From Rhabdaerophilum sp. (GTDB lineage Bacteria > Pseudomonadota > Alphaproteobacteria > Rhizobiales > Beijerinckiaceae): a DNA stretch of 43,304 bases. Made by a program: the position numbers and the translations under genes. Below the pieces are notes generated by a model. The model worked only from the letters and a program-made list of their open reading frames with translations. It made no database searches and had not been told where the DNA came from. Below, one piece after another: positions 18,629 to 27,741 of this stretch (position 1 is the first letter of the stretch; every line of letters starts with the position of its first letter). Location: positions 1-43,304 of the forward strand of contig JAVTWI010000241.1 in assembly GCA_032229845.1 (NCBI GenBank), in the 5' to 3' direction.

Positions 18629-20326
18629 TCAGGCGCCCAGCACCTTCACCGCGTCATTCGGTTCCAGCTTCACGGTCTTGACGCCGGCGACGTATTTTTC
18701 GACCACATCCCAGATCGGCGGGCCCTGGACGTTCTCGCCAACGCTCGCCCAGCCGGCGACGACGTATTTTTTGTCGGCGTCGAGCGGCGCCTTGCGCTTG
18801 AGATCGGTCAGACCGGAAATGCGGCTGCCGATGTCCTTGGAAACGTCGATCGTGTAGCCGACGCCGCCGACGCGGACCATGTCGCCGCCGCCCTGGAAAT
18901 AGGGGTCCGGGTGGAAGATGTTGTCGGCGACGTCTTCGAGCATGTCCTTGATCTGCTTGCCGGTCATCTCGGTGCGGTAGCAGTTCGGGTAGGTCATGGC
19001 GGTCGCGTTCGCGAGCGCGTCGAAGGTGATCTTGTCGCCCGGCAGCAGCGAAGCGCCCCAGCGGAAGCCCGGCGAGAGCGCGATTTCGGCATCGCGCTCC
19101 TTGAGCATCGCCTGGCAGATCAGGTCGTCGAAGGTGCCGTTGAAATTGCCGCGACGATAGAGGAACGAATCCGTCTCGCCGATGACGCGATCGAGATCCT
19201 TGGCAAAGGGCGCGCGGATCTTCTCGACCATCGCCTTCATCGCCGGGTCGGGCGTGATGGCGTCGGAGAAGATCGGGATCAGCTTGTAGCGGAAGCCGGC
19301 GAGCTTCTTGTCCTTCACGTCGAGATCGAGGCGCGAGACGAACTTGCCGTGGCTGCCGGAGGCGACGATGATCGTCTCGCCGACCTTCATGACGCCCGGC
19401 ATCGCATCATGCGTATGCGCGGTCAACGCGATGTCGATACCCTTGACGCGGCTGACGAGCTTGCGGTCGACGTCATAGCCGTTGTGCGAGAGCAGCACGA
19501 CGATATCCGCCCCCTCGGCGCGGGCTTCTTCAACCTGCTTCTGGATATCTTCCTCGCGCAGGCCGAATTCCCATTTCGGCACCATCCAGCGCGGGTTAGA
19601 GATCGGCTGGCGGGGGAAGGCCTGCCCGATGACGGCGATTTTCGCGCCGCCGCGCTCGAACACCTTGCGGCCCTCGAACACGGGTTCCTGCCATTCGTTG
19701 TCGCGGACATTTTGGCCGAGGAAGGCGATCGGCATCGCCTTGACGGCCTCCTGCACGCGCTCGGCGCCATAGGTGAATTCCCAATGGCCGACCATGGCAT
19801 CGACCTTGAGTGTGCTCATGACGTCGATCATGTCCTGGCCCTTGGTCTGGAGCGAGGTCCAGGAACCCTGCCAGGTATCGCCGCCGTCGAGCAACAGCAC
19901 CTTGTCCGCGCCGCGCTCGGCCCGGACGGCGTTGATGACGCGGGCGATGCGGTCCATGCCGCCCATGCGGCCGTAATTCTTGGCGAGCGAGACGAAATCC
20001 TCGCTCGTCAGTGCATGCGCCTCGGCGGTGCCGGCGGCGATCGTGAAGTAGGTGCGGAACTCGGCATCCGTCAGGTGCGGGGGCAGGCCCTTGACCTCGC
20101 CGACGCCGAGATTGATCGACGGTTCGCGGAAATAGAGCGGAACGAGCTGGGCGTGGATATCCGTGACATGGAGCAGCGTCACGGTACCGAGTGGATCGAA
20201 CTTCAAAAGCTCCGCCTCGCTCAGCTTCTGCTGCGCGGCGAGCCGACCGAGCGAACCCAGTCCGGAGGCGGTGACGATGGCGGAGGCGGCGGCGCTCGCC
20301 TGAAGAAATTCGCGGCGTGAGATCAT
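18629..20326 (-). CDS. soxB: Thiosulfohydrolase SoxB
   Basis: MISRREFL Tat signal, TDIHAQ, DGGDTWQGS, GHWEF, SHNG, HTH, QGGGDMVR. Confidence 0.96.
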   Translation of the reverse strand: MISRREFLQASAAASAIVTASGLGSLGRLAAQQKLSEAELLKFDPLGTVTLLHVTDIHAQLVPLYFREPSINLGVGEVKGLPPHLTDAEFRTYFTIAAGTAEAHALTSEDFVSLAKNYGRMGGMDRIARVINAVRAERGADKVLLLDGGDTWQGSWTSLQTKGQDMIDVMSTLKVDAMVGHWEFTYGAERVQEAVKAMPIAFLGQNVRDNEWQEPVFEGRKVFERGGAKIAVIGQAFPRQPISNPRWMVPKWEFGLREEDIQKQVEEARAEGADIVVLLSHNGYDVDRKLVSRVKGIDIALTAHTHDAMPGVMKVGETIIVASGSHGKFVSRLDLDVKDKKLAGFRYKLIPIFSDAITPDPAMKAMVEKIRAPFAKDLDRVIGETDSFLYRRGNFNGTFDDLICQAMLKERDAEIALSPGFRWGASLLPGDKITFDALANATAMTYPNCYRTEMTGKQIKDMLEDVADNIFHPDPYFQGGGDMVRVGGVGYTIDVSKDIGSRISGLTDLKRKAPLDADKKYVVAGWASVGENVQGPPIWDVVEKYVAGVKTVKLEPNDAVKVLGA

Positions 20327-20378
20327 GGATTCCCGTTCGCGCAGGGCCTCGGCCTCGCGCGCCAACAATGACGTTTGA

Positions 20379-20410
20379 GAAAAGAAAGCCGGCCCTCTCC
20401 GAGACCGGCT
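20379..20410 (-). terminator. Intrinsic terminator-like hairpin between soxZ and soxB
   Basis: Minus strand AGCCGGTCTC-GGA-GAGGGCCGGCT followed by TTCTTTT. Confidence 0.6.
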
Positions 20411-20417
20411 CGGATCG

Positions 20418-20747
20418 TCAGGCGACCGTCAGCTTGGCCTTGTGCTCGTAGGTCGAGCCGTCATCGTCCTTCCAGGAGAAGGTGAACTCGCCCGATTGCG
20501 AGGCCTTGTAGAAGAACGACTGGTAGGGGTTGGCCGAGATGGCTGGCTGCCACTTGGCTTCAAAGAACATCTTGCCGTTGAAGGCCGCCGTGAAGGTGTT
20601 GATGATCTTGCGGGGGATCACCTTGCCGTCCGAGCCCTTGCGCTGGCCCGATTCCATCTCGTGGCTGATCAGCGTCTTGATCTCGATGATCTCGTCCTTC
20701 TTGGCGTTGGCCGGAACGCGGACGCGCGGGGTGGGTTTCGTGCTCAT
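20418..20747 (-). CDS. soxZ: Sulfur carrier protein SoxZ
   Basis: LISHEMESGQRK, IPRKII, AISANPY, WKDDDG. Confidence 0.95.
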   Translation of the reverse strand: MSTKPTPRVRVPANAKKDEIIEIKTLISHEMESGQRKGSDGKVIPRKIINTFTAAFNGKMFFEAKWQPAISANPYQSFFYKASQSGEFTFSWKDDDGSTYEHKAKLTVA

Positions 20748-20789
20748 CGGAATTTCCTCACCTGAATTTGTTGTGCCGTTACCGGGTTC

Positions 20790-21251
20790 TCAGCCGCCGC
20801 AGCCGCCGATGGTGACCTTCACCTGCGTCTTGGCGGTGAAGAGCTTGCCGTCGGACATCTCGGCGATGCAGAGGATGTTCTGCGTGGTGGCGAGGCGCAT
20901 GCGGGCCGACGCCGATGCCTTGCCCGCCTCCGGCGTGAACGTGTAGCTGAGCACGCCCGGCGAGGGATTGCCATCCGCCCAGACATGGACCGACTTCACG
21001 AAGTCCTTGTCCGTCATCGGGCTTTCGACCTCGATGTTGATCGGCACGACGAGACCGTTTTCGGCGATCTGCGGCACATCGAGCTTGACCTTGCCTTCCG
21101 CGCCCTTCTTGTCGCCGTAGAGTTTCTTGATCTCGGCTTCGACCGCGGCGGCGTCGGCGTGGGCAAGACGCGGCGCGAGCGCCAGTGCGACGGCGCCCAC
21201 GGCGCCGGCCTTCAAAGTGTCGCGACGCGACGCGATCATGGGAAGAGCCAT
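20790..21251 (-). CDS. soxY: Sulfur carrier protein SoxY
   Basis: Tat signal SRRDTL, IAENGLVVP, C-terminal VKVTIGGCGG; RBS AGGAGG before ATG 21251. Confidence 0.96.
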   Translation of the reverse strand: MALPMIASRRDTLKAGAVGAVALALAPRLAHADAAAVEAEIKKLYGDKKGAEGKVKLDVPQIAENGLVVPINIEVESPMTDKDFVKSVHVWADGNPSPGVLSYTFTPEAGKASASARMRLATTQNILCIAEMSDGKLFTAKTQVKVTIGGCGG

Positions 21252-21332
21252 CTCTTCCTCCTTGGCTTTGTTTCTTTTTGCGAGAGCATCTTGACGGCGC
21301 CCGCTTTCCTCCCGCAAGGTGAACATATCCAT

Positions 21333-21352
21333 ATATTGTTTTTTGTGAATGT
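21333..21352. promoter_or_regulatory. Candidate SoxR (ArsR/BigR-type) operator between soxY and soxA
   Basis: ATATTG-TTTTTTGT-GAATGT; the minus strand reads ATTCACA-N7-ATAT, shared with 25692-25711. Confidence 0.55.
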
Positions 21353-21479
21353 AAAGTCTATCAGTCATTCGTTGCAGGAGATGGCAAGCCTAACAGGCGT
21401 TATCGATCCGGTTCAAGCTTAGAGACAAGGCGGAAGGGCGGTTTGCGCCTCCCGAAACCGCAGCGACGGAGGAAATGGA

Positions 21480-22307
21480 ATGAAAAGGAAAATCGCGGTT
21501 CTCGCGACACTGGCCATGTGCGCGATCGGGTGGGGCGGAGCGGCCCTGGCCCAGCAGGCGGTCGATACCGAAAAGGAACTCGAGAAATACCGCCAGATGA
21601 TGAGCGACCCGATGTCCAATCCGGGTTTCCTCGCGGTTGATCGTGGCGAGCAGCTCTGGTCGCTTAAGCGCGGAACCAAGAACGCGAGCCTTGAAACCTG
21701 CGACCTCGGCATCGGACCCGGCAAGCTCGAGGGCGCCTTCGCCAAGCTGCCGCGCTATTTCGCCGATACCGACAAGGTGATGGACCTCGAGCAGCGTCTC
21801 GCCTTCTGTATGGACAAGATTCAGGGCCTCGATCTCGCGGACATCAAGAAGCGCCGCTTCGGCAAGCCCGGCCAGACCTCGGACATGGAGGACCTCGTGG
21901 CCTTCATCGCCAACAAGTCGAGCGGTTTCAAGATCGAGCCGCAGCTCTCGCACCCGAAGGAGAAGGAAGCCGCCGCCGTCGGCGAGGCGCTGTTCTATCG
22001 GCGCGGCGACATCCTCGATTTCTCCTGTTCCACCTGCCACGGCGATGAAGGCAAGCGCATCCGGCTTCAGGGCCTGCCGGACCTCTCCAAGCCGGGCAAG
22101 GACGCGCAGGCGACGATGGGGTCGTGGCCGACCTACCGTGTCTCGCAGGGGCAGCTCCGCACCTTCCAGCACCGCCTGTGGGATTGTTATCGCCAGCAGC
22201 GCGCGCCGGAGCCGGGCTACCTCTCGGATGGCCTGACCGCGATCACCGTGTACCTGATGAAGCAGGCCGCTGGCGGCGAGCTTCAGGTTCCGTCGATCAA
22301 GCGCTGA
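21480..22307 (+). CDS. soxA: SoxAX cytochrome subunit SoxA (monoheme type)
   Basis: Single [20 protein letters not shown] active-site Cys; first heme site reduced to LETCD...AFCM. Confidence 0.94.
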   Translation: MKRKIAVLATLAMCAIGWGGAALAQQAVDTEKELEKYRQMMSDPMSNPGFLAVDRGEQLWSLKRGTKNASLETCDLGIGPGKLEGAFAKLPRYFADTDKVMDLEQRLAFCMDKIQGLDLADIKKRRFGKPGQTSDMEDLVAFIANKSSGFKIEPQLSHPKEKEAAAVGEALFYRRGDILDFSCSTCHGDEGKRIRLQGLPDLSKPGKDAQATMGSWPTYRVSQGQLRTFQHRLWDCYRQQRAPEPGYLSDGLTAITVYLMKQAAGGELQVPSIKR

Positions 22308-22321
22308 GGGGAGGGATGACC

Positions 22322-22930
22322 ATGAAGAAGATCGCTTTCGCATTCGGCATCGCCCTGATCGCCGCTTCGCCTGCCTTCGCGCAGGACAAGGGCGTCGACG
22401 CCGCGACGCTCGAGAAATACACCAAGGCCATGTGGCCCAAGACCCCCGAGGGCTGGGAAAGCCGCATCGCTTACGACGAGACGATGAAAATCTGCTCCGA
22501 GACGCGCAACCAGCCTTCGGATGCCGATTTCGCCAAGATCAAGGCCCGCGAGGCGGCGACCGTGAAGTTCCCGGCCGACGGCAACGTCATGGGTGATTAC
22601 AAGTCCGGTCTCAAGATCGCGAACAACGGTCGCGGCGGTACCTTCACCGACAAGCCGATGACCAACGGCGCGAACTGCTATGCCTGCCACCAGCTCGACC
22701 TTCAGGAGGTCAGCTACGGCACGCTCGGCCCCTCGCTCCATCTCTACGGCAAGAATCGCGGCTTCAAGCCCGAGGAGGCCAAGGCGGCTTACGCCAAGAT
22801 CTATAACTCGATGGGCACGGCACCCTGCACCAACATGCCGCGCTTCGGCTATCACCACTTCCTGACCGAACAGCAGATGAAGGATCTGACGGCGATGCTG
22901 TTCGATCCTGCCTCTCCGGTGAACAAGTAA
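22322..22930 (+). CDS. soxX: SoxAX cytochrome subunit SoxX
   Basis: Signal peptide, NCYACH, GTLGPSL, MPRFG, SPVNK; RBS GGAGGG (alternative start 22316). Confidence 0.93.
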   Translation: MKKIAFAFGIALIAASPAFAQDKGVDAATLEKYTKAMWPKTPEGWESRIAYDETMKICSETRNQPSDADFAKIKAREAATVKFPADGNVMGDYKSGLKIANNGRGGTFTDKPMTNGANCYACHQLDLQEVSYGTLGPSLHLYGKNRGFKPEEAKAAYAKIYNSMGTAPCTNMPRFGYHHFLTEQQMKDLTAMLFDPASPVNK

Positions 22931-22961
22931 GCGGTAGCCTTTCTTACCGGCGCTATGCAAC

Positions 22962-22998
22962 AAAAGGGGCGGAGAGGCCAGTTCTCCGCCCCTTTTTT
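22962..22998 (+). terminator. Intrinsic terminator after soxAX
   Basis: AAAAGGGGCGGAGA-GGCCAGT-TCTCCGCCCCTTTTTT. Confidence 0.85.
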
Positions 22999-23011
22999 CA
23001 GGTCTTCCGCC

Positions 23012-24301
23012 GTGCTTACCATCGCTTCGACACCGCCGTTCTCGCCGTATCCCGCGCGCCACGCCATTCTCTCGGAGGCGCATGCCCGGCCGTTCTTCCG
23101 GCTGGAGGCGCCGTCGCGGGTGCTGGCGCTGGCCTTCCTGCGCGGCGAACTTGCCGGGGAAAAGCTGCGCGAACGCCTCGATGCCTTCGCGCGGGCGCAT
23201 GGTGCGGCGCCGGCGCCGGCCGGGGCGCGTCATCACCGGATGATTCTCAAGGACGGGTTGTTCCGCTGGGAAGAGCATACTGAATTCACGACCTATGTCT
23301 TCATGCTCAAGGGCGAGGCGGCGCGGTTCGATCTGAGCGCTGGCGAGTTGCTGACCTCGCTTTCGCTGCCCGAACAGCCGGGGCCGCATCTCGTTTCGGC
23401 GGACATCTCGATCCTTCCGCCCGAGCAGGCGGAGGCTGCGCTGAGCCATGTGCGTTCCGGCGTCATTTCCGTTTCCGATCTCGAAGGCGGGCGGGCGCAG
23501 GTCGCTTCGGATTTCGTGCCGGATGAGTCCGGCTTCGTGCGCTTCGTGCTCATCAACCGCGATCTGCCGGACCGCCGGCTTGGGTCCATAGGCCGCGACA
23601 TCATGGAGATCGAGGTCTACCGCAACCTCGCGCTGCTCGGCCTGCCGGAAGCGCAGCGGATCGGCCCGGTGATCCGCGAGATCGAGGTCGGGCTGGCTGG
23701 CCTGATGGGCGATCTTGTGCATCAGCAAAGTCTGCCGGAAGGCGATGCGCTGCTCGCGCGCCTGACCAACATGACGGCGCGCGTCGAATCGGAAATCGCC
23801 CGCACCAAGTTCCGCTTCGGCGCGACGCGGGCCTACGGCGCGATCCTGAACGACCGGCTCTCGGGCTTTGGCGGGGTGGCGACGCCGGATGCGCCGACCA
23901 TCCAGGCCTTTCTCGCACGCCGCAACGCGCCGGCACTGCGGACCTGCGAGACGATGGAAGCGAACCTCCTCGATCTCGCCGCGCGTCTCACGCGCGCCTC
24001 GGGACTGCTGCGCACGCGGATCGACGTCGAGCTCGCCAAGCAGAACAACGCGCTGCTCTCGACGATGAGCGAGCGCACGCATCTCCAGCTTCGCCTCCAG
24101 CAGACCGTCGAGGGGCTCTCGATCGCGGCGATCAGCTATTACGTCGTTGGCCTTGTCGGCTACCTTCTCAAGGCGGCGAAGGAAGCCCATTGGCTGCCAC
24201 TGCCGATCGACCTCGCCATCGGAATTTCCGTGCCGCTTGTCGTACTGGCGATGGCCTATGTCGTGCACCGCATCCGGCTGGCGCACGGCGGCCGGGGCTG
24301 A
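23012..24301 (+). CDS. DUF3422 family membrane-anchored protein
   Basis: EAHARPF, WEEHTEFTTY, EIEVYRNLALLGLP, LRTRIDV, QLRLQQTVEGLSIAAISYY, two C-terminal TMs; start uncertain. Confidence 0.8.
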   Translation: MLTIASTPPFSPYPARHAILSEAHARPFFRLEAPSRVLALAFLRGELAGEKLRERLDAFARAHGAAPAPAGARHHRMILKDGLFRWEEHTEFTTYVFMLKGEAARFDLSAGELLTSLSLPEQPGPHLVSADISILPPEQAEAALSHVRSGVISVSDLEGGRAQVASDFVPDESGFVRFVLINRDLPDRRLGSIGRDIMEIEVYRNLALLGLPEAQRIGPVIREIEVGLAGLMGDLVHQQSLPEGDALLARLTNMTARVESEIARTKFRFGATRAYGAILNDRLSGFGGVATPDAPTIQAFLARRNAPALRTCETMEANLLDLAARLTRASGLLRTRIDVELAKQNNALLSTMSERTHLQLRLQQTVEGLSIAAISYYVVGLVGYLLKAAKEAHWLPLPIDLAIGISVPLVVLAMAYVVHRIRLAHGGRG

Positions 24302-24303
24302 AT

Positions 24304-24879
24304 TCAGGCGCCGTCCTTTTTCAGCCATTCGGTGAACGGCATCGTCGCATAGCCCTCCTCGGCCACGAACCGGAACATGGCGAGAAACGGCTTCGGATCA
24401 AGAAGGCCGGGCATCCGCGCGACCTCGCGCTTGAGCGGGTCGAGCGCCGCGAGGCCCTCGGCCGATTTCGGGAAGAACTGCAGGCTCGGCGTCGTCCGGA
24501 TACCGTAATGCTGGCCGAAGGCCTTCTCTCCGAGCTTCTTGCCGTCGAAATCCGTGACTTCCTTCGCTCCGATGATGTTGAGGTGGACGATATCGAAGCG
24601 CGCCTTGATGTAATCGACGATCTCGGTGTTCTGGAAATGGATCTCGTGCATCTTCTTGCAGGCCGGGCAGCCCTTGAGCCCCCACAGCACGGCGAAGCGC
24701 TTGCCCTTGGCGCTGGCTGTCGTGAGGTCCTCGGCAAGGTCGAGGAAGCTGTCGATGAACCAGTCCTGATGGTAGAGCCCGTCCTCGCCAAGGGTGCCGG
24801 TGGCGCGGGCAAGGGTGGGAGCGACCGTCAGCGCGAGGCCGCCGGCAAGGATGGATCTGCGATCGGGAAGGCGCGACAT
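24304..24879 (-). CDS. soxW: Periplasmic thioredoxin SoxW
   Basis: Tat-like DRRSIL, WFIDSFLDLAEDL, GCPAC, EVTDFDG, RMPG. Confidence 0.88.
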   Translation of the reverse strand: MSRLPDRRSILAGGLALTVAPTLARATGTLGEDGLYHQDWFIDSFLDLAEDLTTASAKGKRFAVLWGLKGCPACKKMHEIHFQNTEIVDYIKARFDIVHLNIIGAKEVTDFDGKKLGEKAFGQHYGIRTTPSLQFFPKSAEGLAALDPLKREVARMPGLLDPKPFLAMFRFVAEEGYATMPFTEWLKKDGA

Positions 24880-24897
24880 GAGAACCTCCGCTTGCGG

Positions 24898-25656
24898 TCA
24901 GCCGATCTGACCGAGAATTGGGAATGTTGAGAGCAGCCAGTTGGCGATCTGCGGCATGGAGCCGGTGAGAAACAGGATGCCCGTTCCCACCAGCAACGCG
25001 CCCATCAGCTTTTCGACGAGATCGAGGTGCCGCTTCATCCGTGCCATCAGCCCGAGGAACGGGCCGGCAAGCGCCGCTGCGGCCAGAAAGGGAATGCCGA
25101 TTCCGGCGGAATAGACTGCCAGCAGCGTGGCGCCGCGCATCGCGGTTTCGCCCGTCCCCGCCACCATCAGGATCGCGGCGAGCACGGGGCCGACGCAAGG
25201 CGTCCAGCCGAAGGCGAAGGCCAGCCCCATGAGGTAGGCCCCGAACGGCCCCGCCGGTTTGCGCTCGACCGAAACCCGCGCTTCTCGGTAGAGCAGCGCG
25301 ATGCGGAACACGCCGAGAAAGTGCAGGCCCATGCCGATGATCATGACGCCAGCGAGGATCGAGAGCCAGTCGAGGTAGCGTGTCAGCGCCTGCCCGATCA
25401 GCGTCGCCGTCGCGCCGAGCAGAACGAAGACGGTGGAAAAGCCGAGAACGAAGGCCAGCGCCTGCCGGATGATCCGCCCGCGCGCGCCCCGGTCGAGGCC
25501 GGAGGCGTCGGACCCGGCATGCTCGCCCGCGAGTTCCTGCATGCCGACGCCGGCGAGGTAGCACAGGTAGGGCGGTACCAGCGGCAGGACACACGGCGAG
25601 GCGAACGAGAGAAGCCCGGCAAGAAAGGCACCGAGATAGCCGATGTCGAAGGACAT
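24898..25656 (-). CDS. soxV: CcdA-type membrane disulfide reductase SoxV
   Basis: SFASPCVLPLVP and FGWTPCVGP motifs, six TMs. Confidence 0.9.
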   Translation of the reverse strand: MSFDIGYLGAFLAGLLSFASPCVLPLVPPYLCYLAGVGMQELAGEHAGSDASGLDRGARGRIIRQALAFVLGFSTVFVLLGATATLIGQALTRYLDWLSILAGVMIIGMGLHFLGVFRIALLYREARVSVERKPAGPFGAYLMGLAFAFGWTPCVGPVLAAILMVAGTGETAMRGATLLAVYSAGIGIPFLAAAALAGPFLGLMARMKRHLDLVEKLMGALLVGTGILFLTGSMPQIANWLLSTFPILGQIG

Positions 25657-25691
25657 GCACCGCGCCTTGGGACGAGAAGAGACTGGTCAAC

Positions 25692-25711
25692 ATATTCACA
25701 TACATCTATAT
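25692..25711. promoter_or_regulatory. Candidate SoxR operator between soxV and soxS
   Basis: ATATTC-ACATACAT-CTATAT in an AT-rich divergent promoter; ATTCACA-N7-ATAT. Confidence 0.55.
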
Positions 25712-25734
25712 TAGGTGAACCGAAAGGCCGAAAA

Positions 25735-26187
25735 ATGTCCCGGCCCTGCAACAAGGCACCTGACGTGCGCAGTTTCTTCGCCCGCCCGCTTCCGGTCATC
25801 GTGTTGGCCGCCGCTCTGCTGGGCGGCACGGCGGCGTGCGCGGCCGAACTGGTGATGTTCGACCGGGCCGGTTGCGCCTGGTGCCTGCGCTGGGAAAAGG
25901 AAATCGGGCCGATCTACCCGAAGACGGATGAGGGGCGCCTGCTGCCGCTGCGGCGGATCAGCCTCGACCGGCCGTTGCCGGAGGGGCTGAACCTGACCGC
26001 GCCGGTGCGCTACACGCCGACCTTCGTCATCCTCGACAAAGGGCAGGAAATCGGACGGATTACGGGCTATATTGGCGAATACGCCTTTTGGGGGCTACTC
26101 TCGGACATGATAGCGAAACTCCCTGAGCGGCTGCGCGATCCTGCGGCCGATCGGGCGGGGCCTCAGAAGGCCTCACAGGAAAAGTGA
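25735..26187 (+). CDS. soxS: Periplasmic thioredoxin-like protein SoxS
   Basis: Signal peptide, GCAWCLRW, IYPKTDEG, TPTF, EIGRITGY; start 25735 or GTG 25765. Confidence 0.85.
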   Translation: MSRPCNKAPDVRSFFARPLPVIVLAAALLGGTAACAAELVMFDRAGCAWCLRWEKEIGPIYPKTDEGRLLPLRRISLDRPLPEGLNLTAPVRYTPTFVILDKGQEIGRITGYIGEYAFWGLLSDMIAKLPERLRDPAADRAGPQKASQEK

Positions 26188-26196
26188 ACACGATCG

Positions 26197-26565
26197 ATGG
26201 CATTGCTGCGCGCTGAACTCGAAGACGAATTGCGGGATGGGGCCGAGTTCTCCCCTGAACTGGACCAGCTCATGCGCAAGGCGCGCAAGGCGAGCGACTT
26301 TCTCAAGGCGTTGAGCCACGAGAACCGCTTGCTGCTGCTCTGCCTGCTGGCGGAAAAGGAGCGCTCGGTGAGTGAACTGGAGAACATCCTCTCGCTCCGT
26401 CAGCCGACCGTCTCCCAGCAACTGGCGCGCCTCAGGCTCGATGGCCTCGTCGACACCCGCCGCGACGGCAAGACAATTTACTACAGCCTCGCCAATCCGG
26501 ACGTTCGTCAGGTCATCTCGATCATCTACGGGATTTTCTGCGAACCGCCCGCCGGCAAGAATTGA
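26197..26565 (+). CDS. soxR: ArsR/SmtB-family repressor SoxR
   Basis: LKALSHENRLLLLC, VSQQLARLR, C-terminal IFC (two-Cys BigR/SqrR pattern). This is the sulfur-oxidation SoxR, not the MerR-type superoxide sensor. Confidence 0.9.
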   Translation: MALLRAELEDELRDGAEFSPELDQLMRKARKASDFLKALSHENRLLLLCLLAEKERSVSELENILSLRQPTVSQQLARLRLDGLVDTRRDGKTIYYSLANPDVRQVISIIYGIFCEPPAGKN

Positions 26566-26571
26566 GGCCTC

Positions 26572-27639
26572 ATGCCGGCCTTCACGACCGGTCTTTTCGG
26601 CTTGCTGGGCGGTATGCTGATCGGGGCGCTGGTCCAGCGCTCGCGGCTGTGCACCTTCGGCGCGATCGAGGATGCGCTGGCCGGTCATGACTGGCGCCGC
26701 ATGAAGGTCTTCGGCCTCGCGCTTGGCCTCGCGCTGCTGGTTACGCAGGCGCTCATCCTCGGCGGCGCGCTGGATCCCGACCGGATTTCCTATCTGCCCG
26801 AAAGGTTGCCCATCGTCGGGCTCGTCGTCGGCGGTCTGATGTTCGGTGTCGGCATGGCGCTGGTCGGCACTTGCGGGTTCGGTTCGCTCATCCGGCTCGG
26901 CACCGGCGATCTGCGCTCGCTCGTCGTCATTCTGATTTTTGGTGTCGCGGCCTACGCCTCGCTGCGCGGCGTGCTCTCCGGTTTCCGGATCGGGGTGATC
27001 GAGCAATGGTCGATCATGATGCCGGGGCCTTCCCGGTCGGATATTCCAACCCAGATGGAGCGCGTGATCGGCATCGACGCGCGTGCGCTGCTCACCGGGC
27101 TGGTTGCGGCCTTTCTCGTCACCATCGCCATCCGCGACGCGCGGCTGAAGCGCTCGCCACGGCTGCTGGCCGCCGCGGTCGCGCTCGGGCTCGTCACCGG
27201 GTTTGCCTGGGCGGTGACCGGCTGGTTCAGCGATCCGTTCGATCTCCATGCCCGGCCGCAGAGCCTGACGTTTGTCGCGCCGATTGCGCGGGCGCTGTTC
27301 GGCGTGCTGGCGGGGCAGGATTCGATTTATGACTTCGGAGTCGCAAGCGTCATCGGCGTGATTGCAGGGTCCTTTCTCGCGAGCTTCCGCGCGCGAGAAT
27401 GCCGATGGGAGGCCTTCGACGATCAGCGCGAGATGCGCCGCCACATTACGGGAGGCGCTTTGATGGGGGTCGGCGGCGTGCTCGCCGGCGGCTGCACCAT
27501 CGGGCAGGGGCTCGCCGCCGGCTCGGCCTTCGCGCTCTCGATGCCGATCGCGCTTGTGGCGATGATGGCCGGCGCGCGTCTCGGTATCGCGATCCTGGTG
27601 GGCGAGATGCACGATATCCTCGCGCGGTTCCGGCGCTGA
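26572..27639 (+). CDS. soxT: YeeE/YedE family sulfur compound transporter SoxT
   Basis: RLCTFGA, GTCGFG and GGCTIGQG conserved cysteines, many TMs. Confidence 0.88.
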   Translation: MPAFTTGLFGLLGGMLIGALVQRSRLCTFGAIEDALAGHDWRRMKVFGLALGLALLVTQALILGGALDPDRISYLPERLPIVGLVVGGLMFGVGMALVGTCGFGSLIRLGTGDLRSLVVILIFGVAAYASLRGVLSGFRIGVIEQWSIMMPGPSRSDIPTQMERVIGIDARALLTGLVAAFLVTIAIRDARLKRSPRLLAAAVALGLVTGFAWAVTGWFSDPFDLHARPQSLTFVAPIARALFGVLAGQDSIYDFGVASVIGVIAGSFLASFRARECRWEAFDDQREMRRHITGGALMGVGGVLAGGCTIGQGLAAGSAFALSMPIALVAMMAGARLGIAILVGEMHDILARFRR

Positions 27640-27741
27640 TCGCCCGGCCTTGCTTCCGCCCCAAGTTCTGCACAGACGCGAAGCATGTTGACCTCTCGGA
27701 AGCATTGACGGATACCGATCCGGGTCCGCTCCGGAGCTTGA

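Noticed and set aside
25027-25734. N-terminal extension of the soxS ORF; likewise extensions of soxX, soxY, phoU, gcrA, hslO and the ATP-grasp ORFs
   Set aside because: They overlap neighbouring genes or promoters; downstream starts fit RBS position and family N-termini
26197-26565. soxR/soxS as the enteric superoxide regulators
   Set aside because: These are ArsR-type and thioredoxin-like proteins in a sulfur oxidation cluster; the names coincide only
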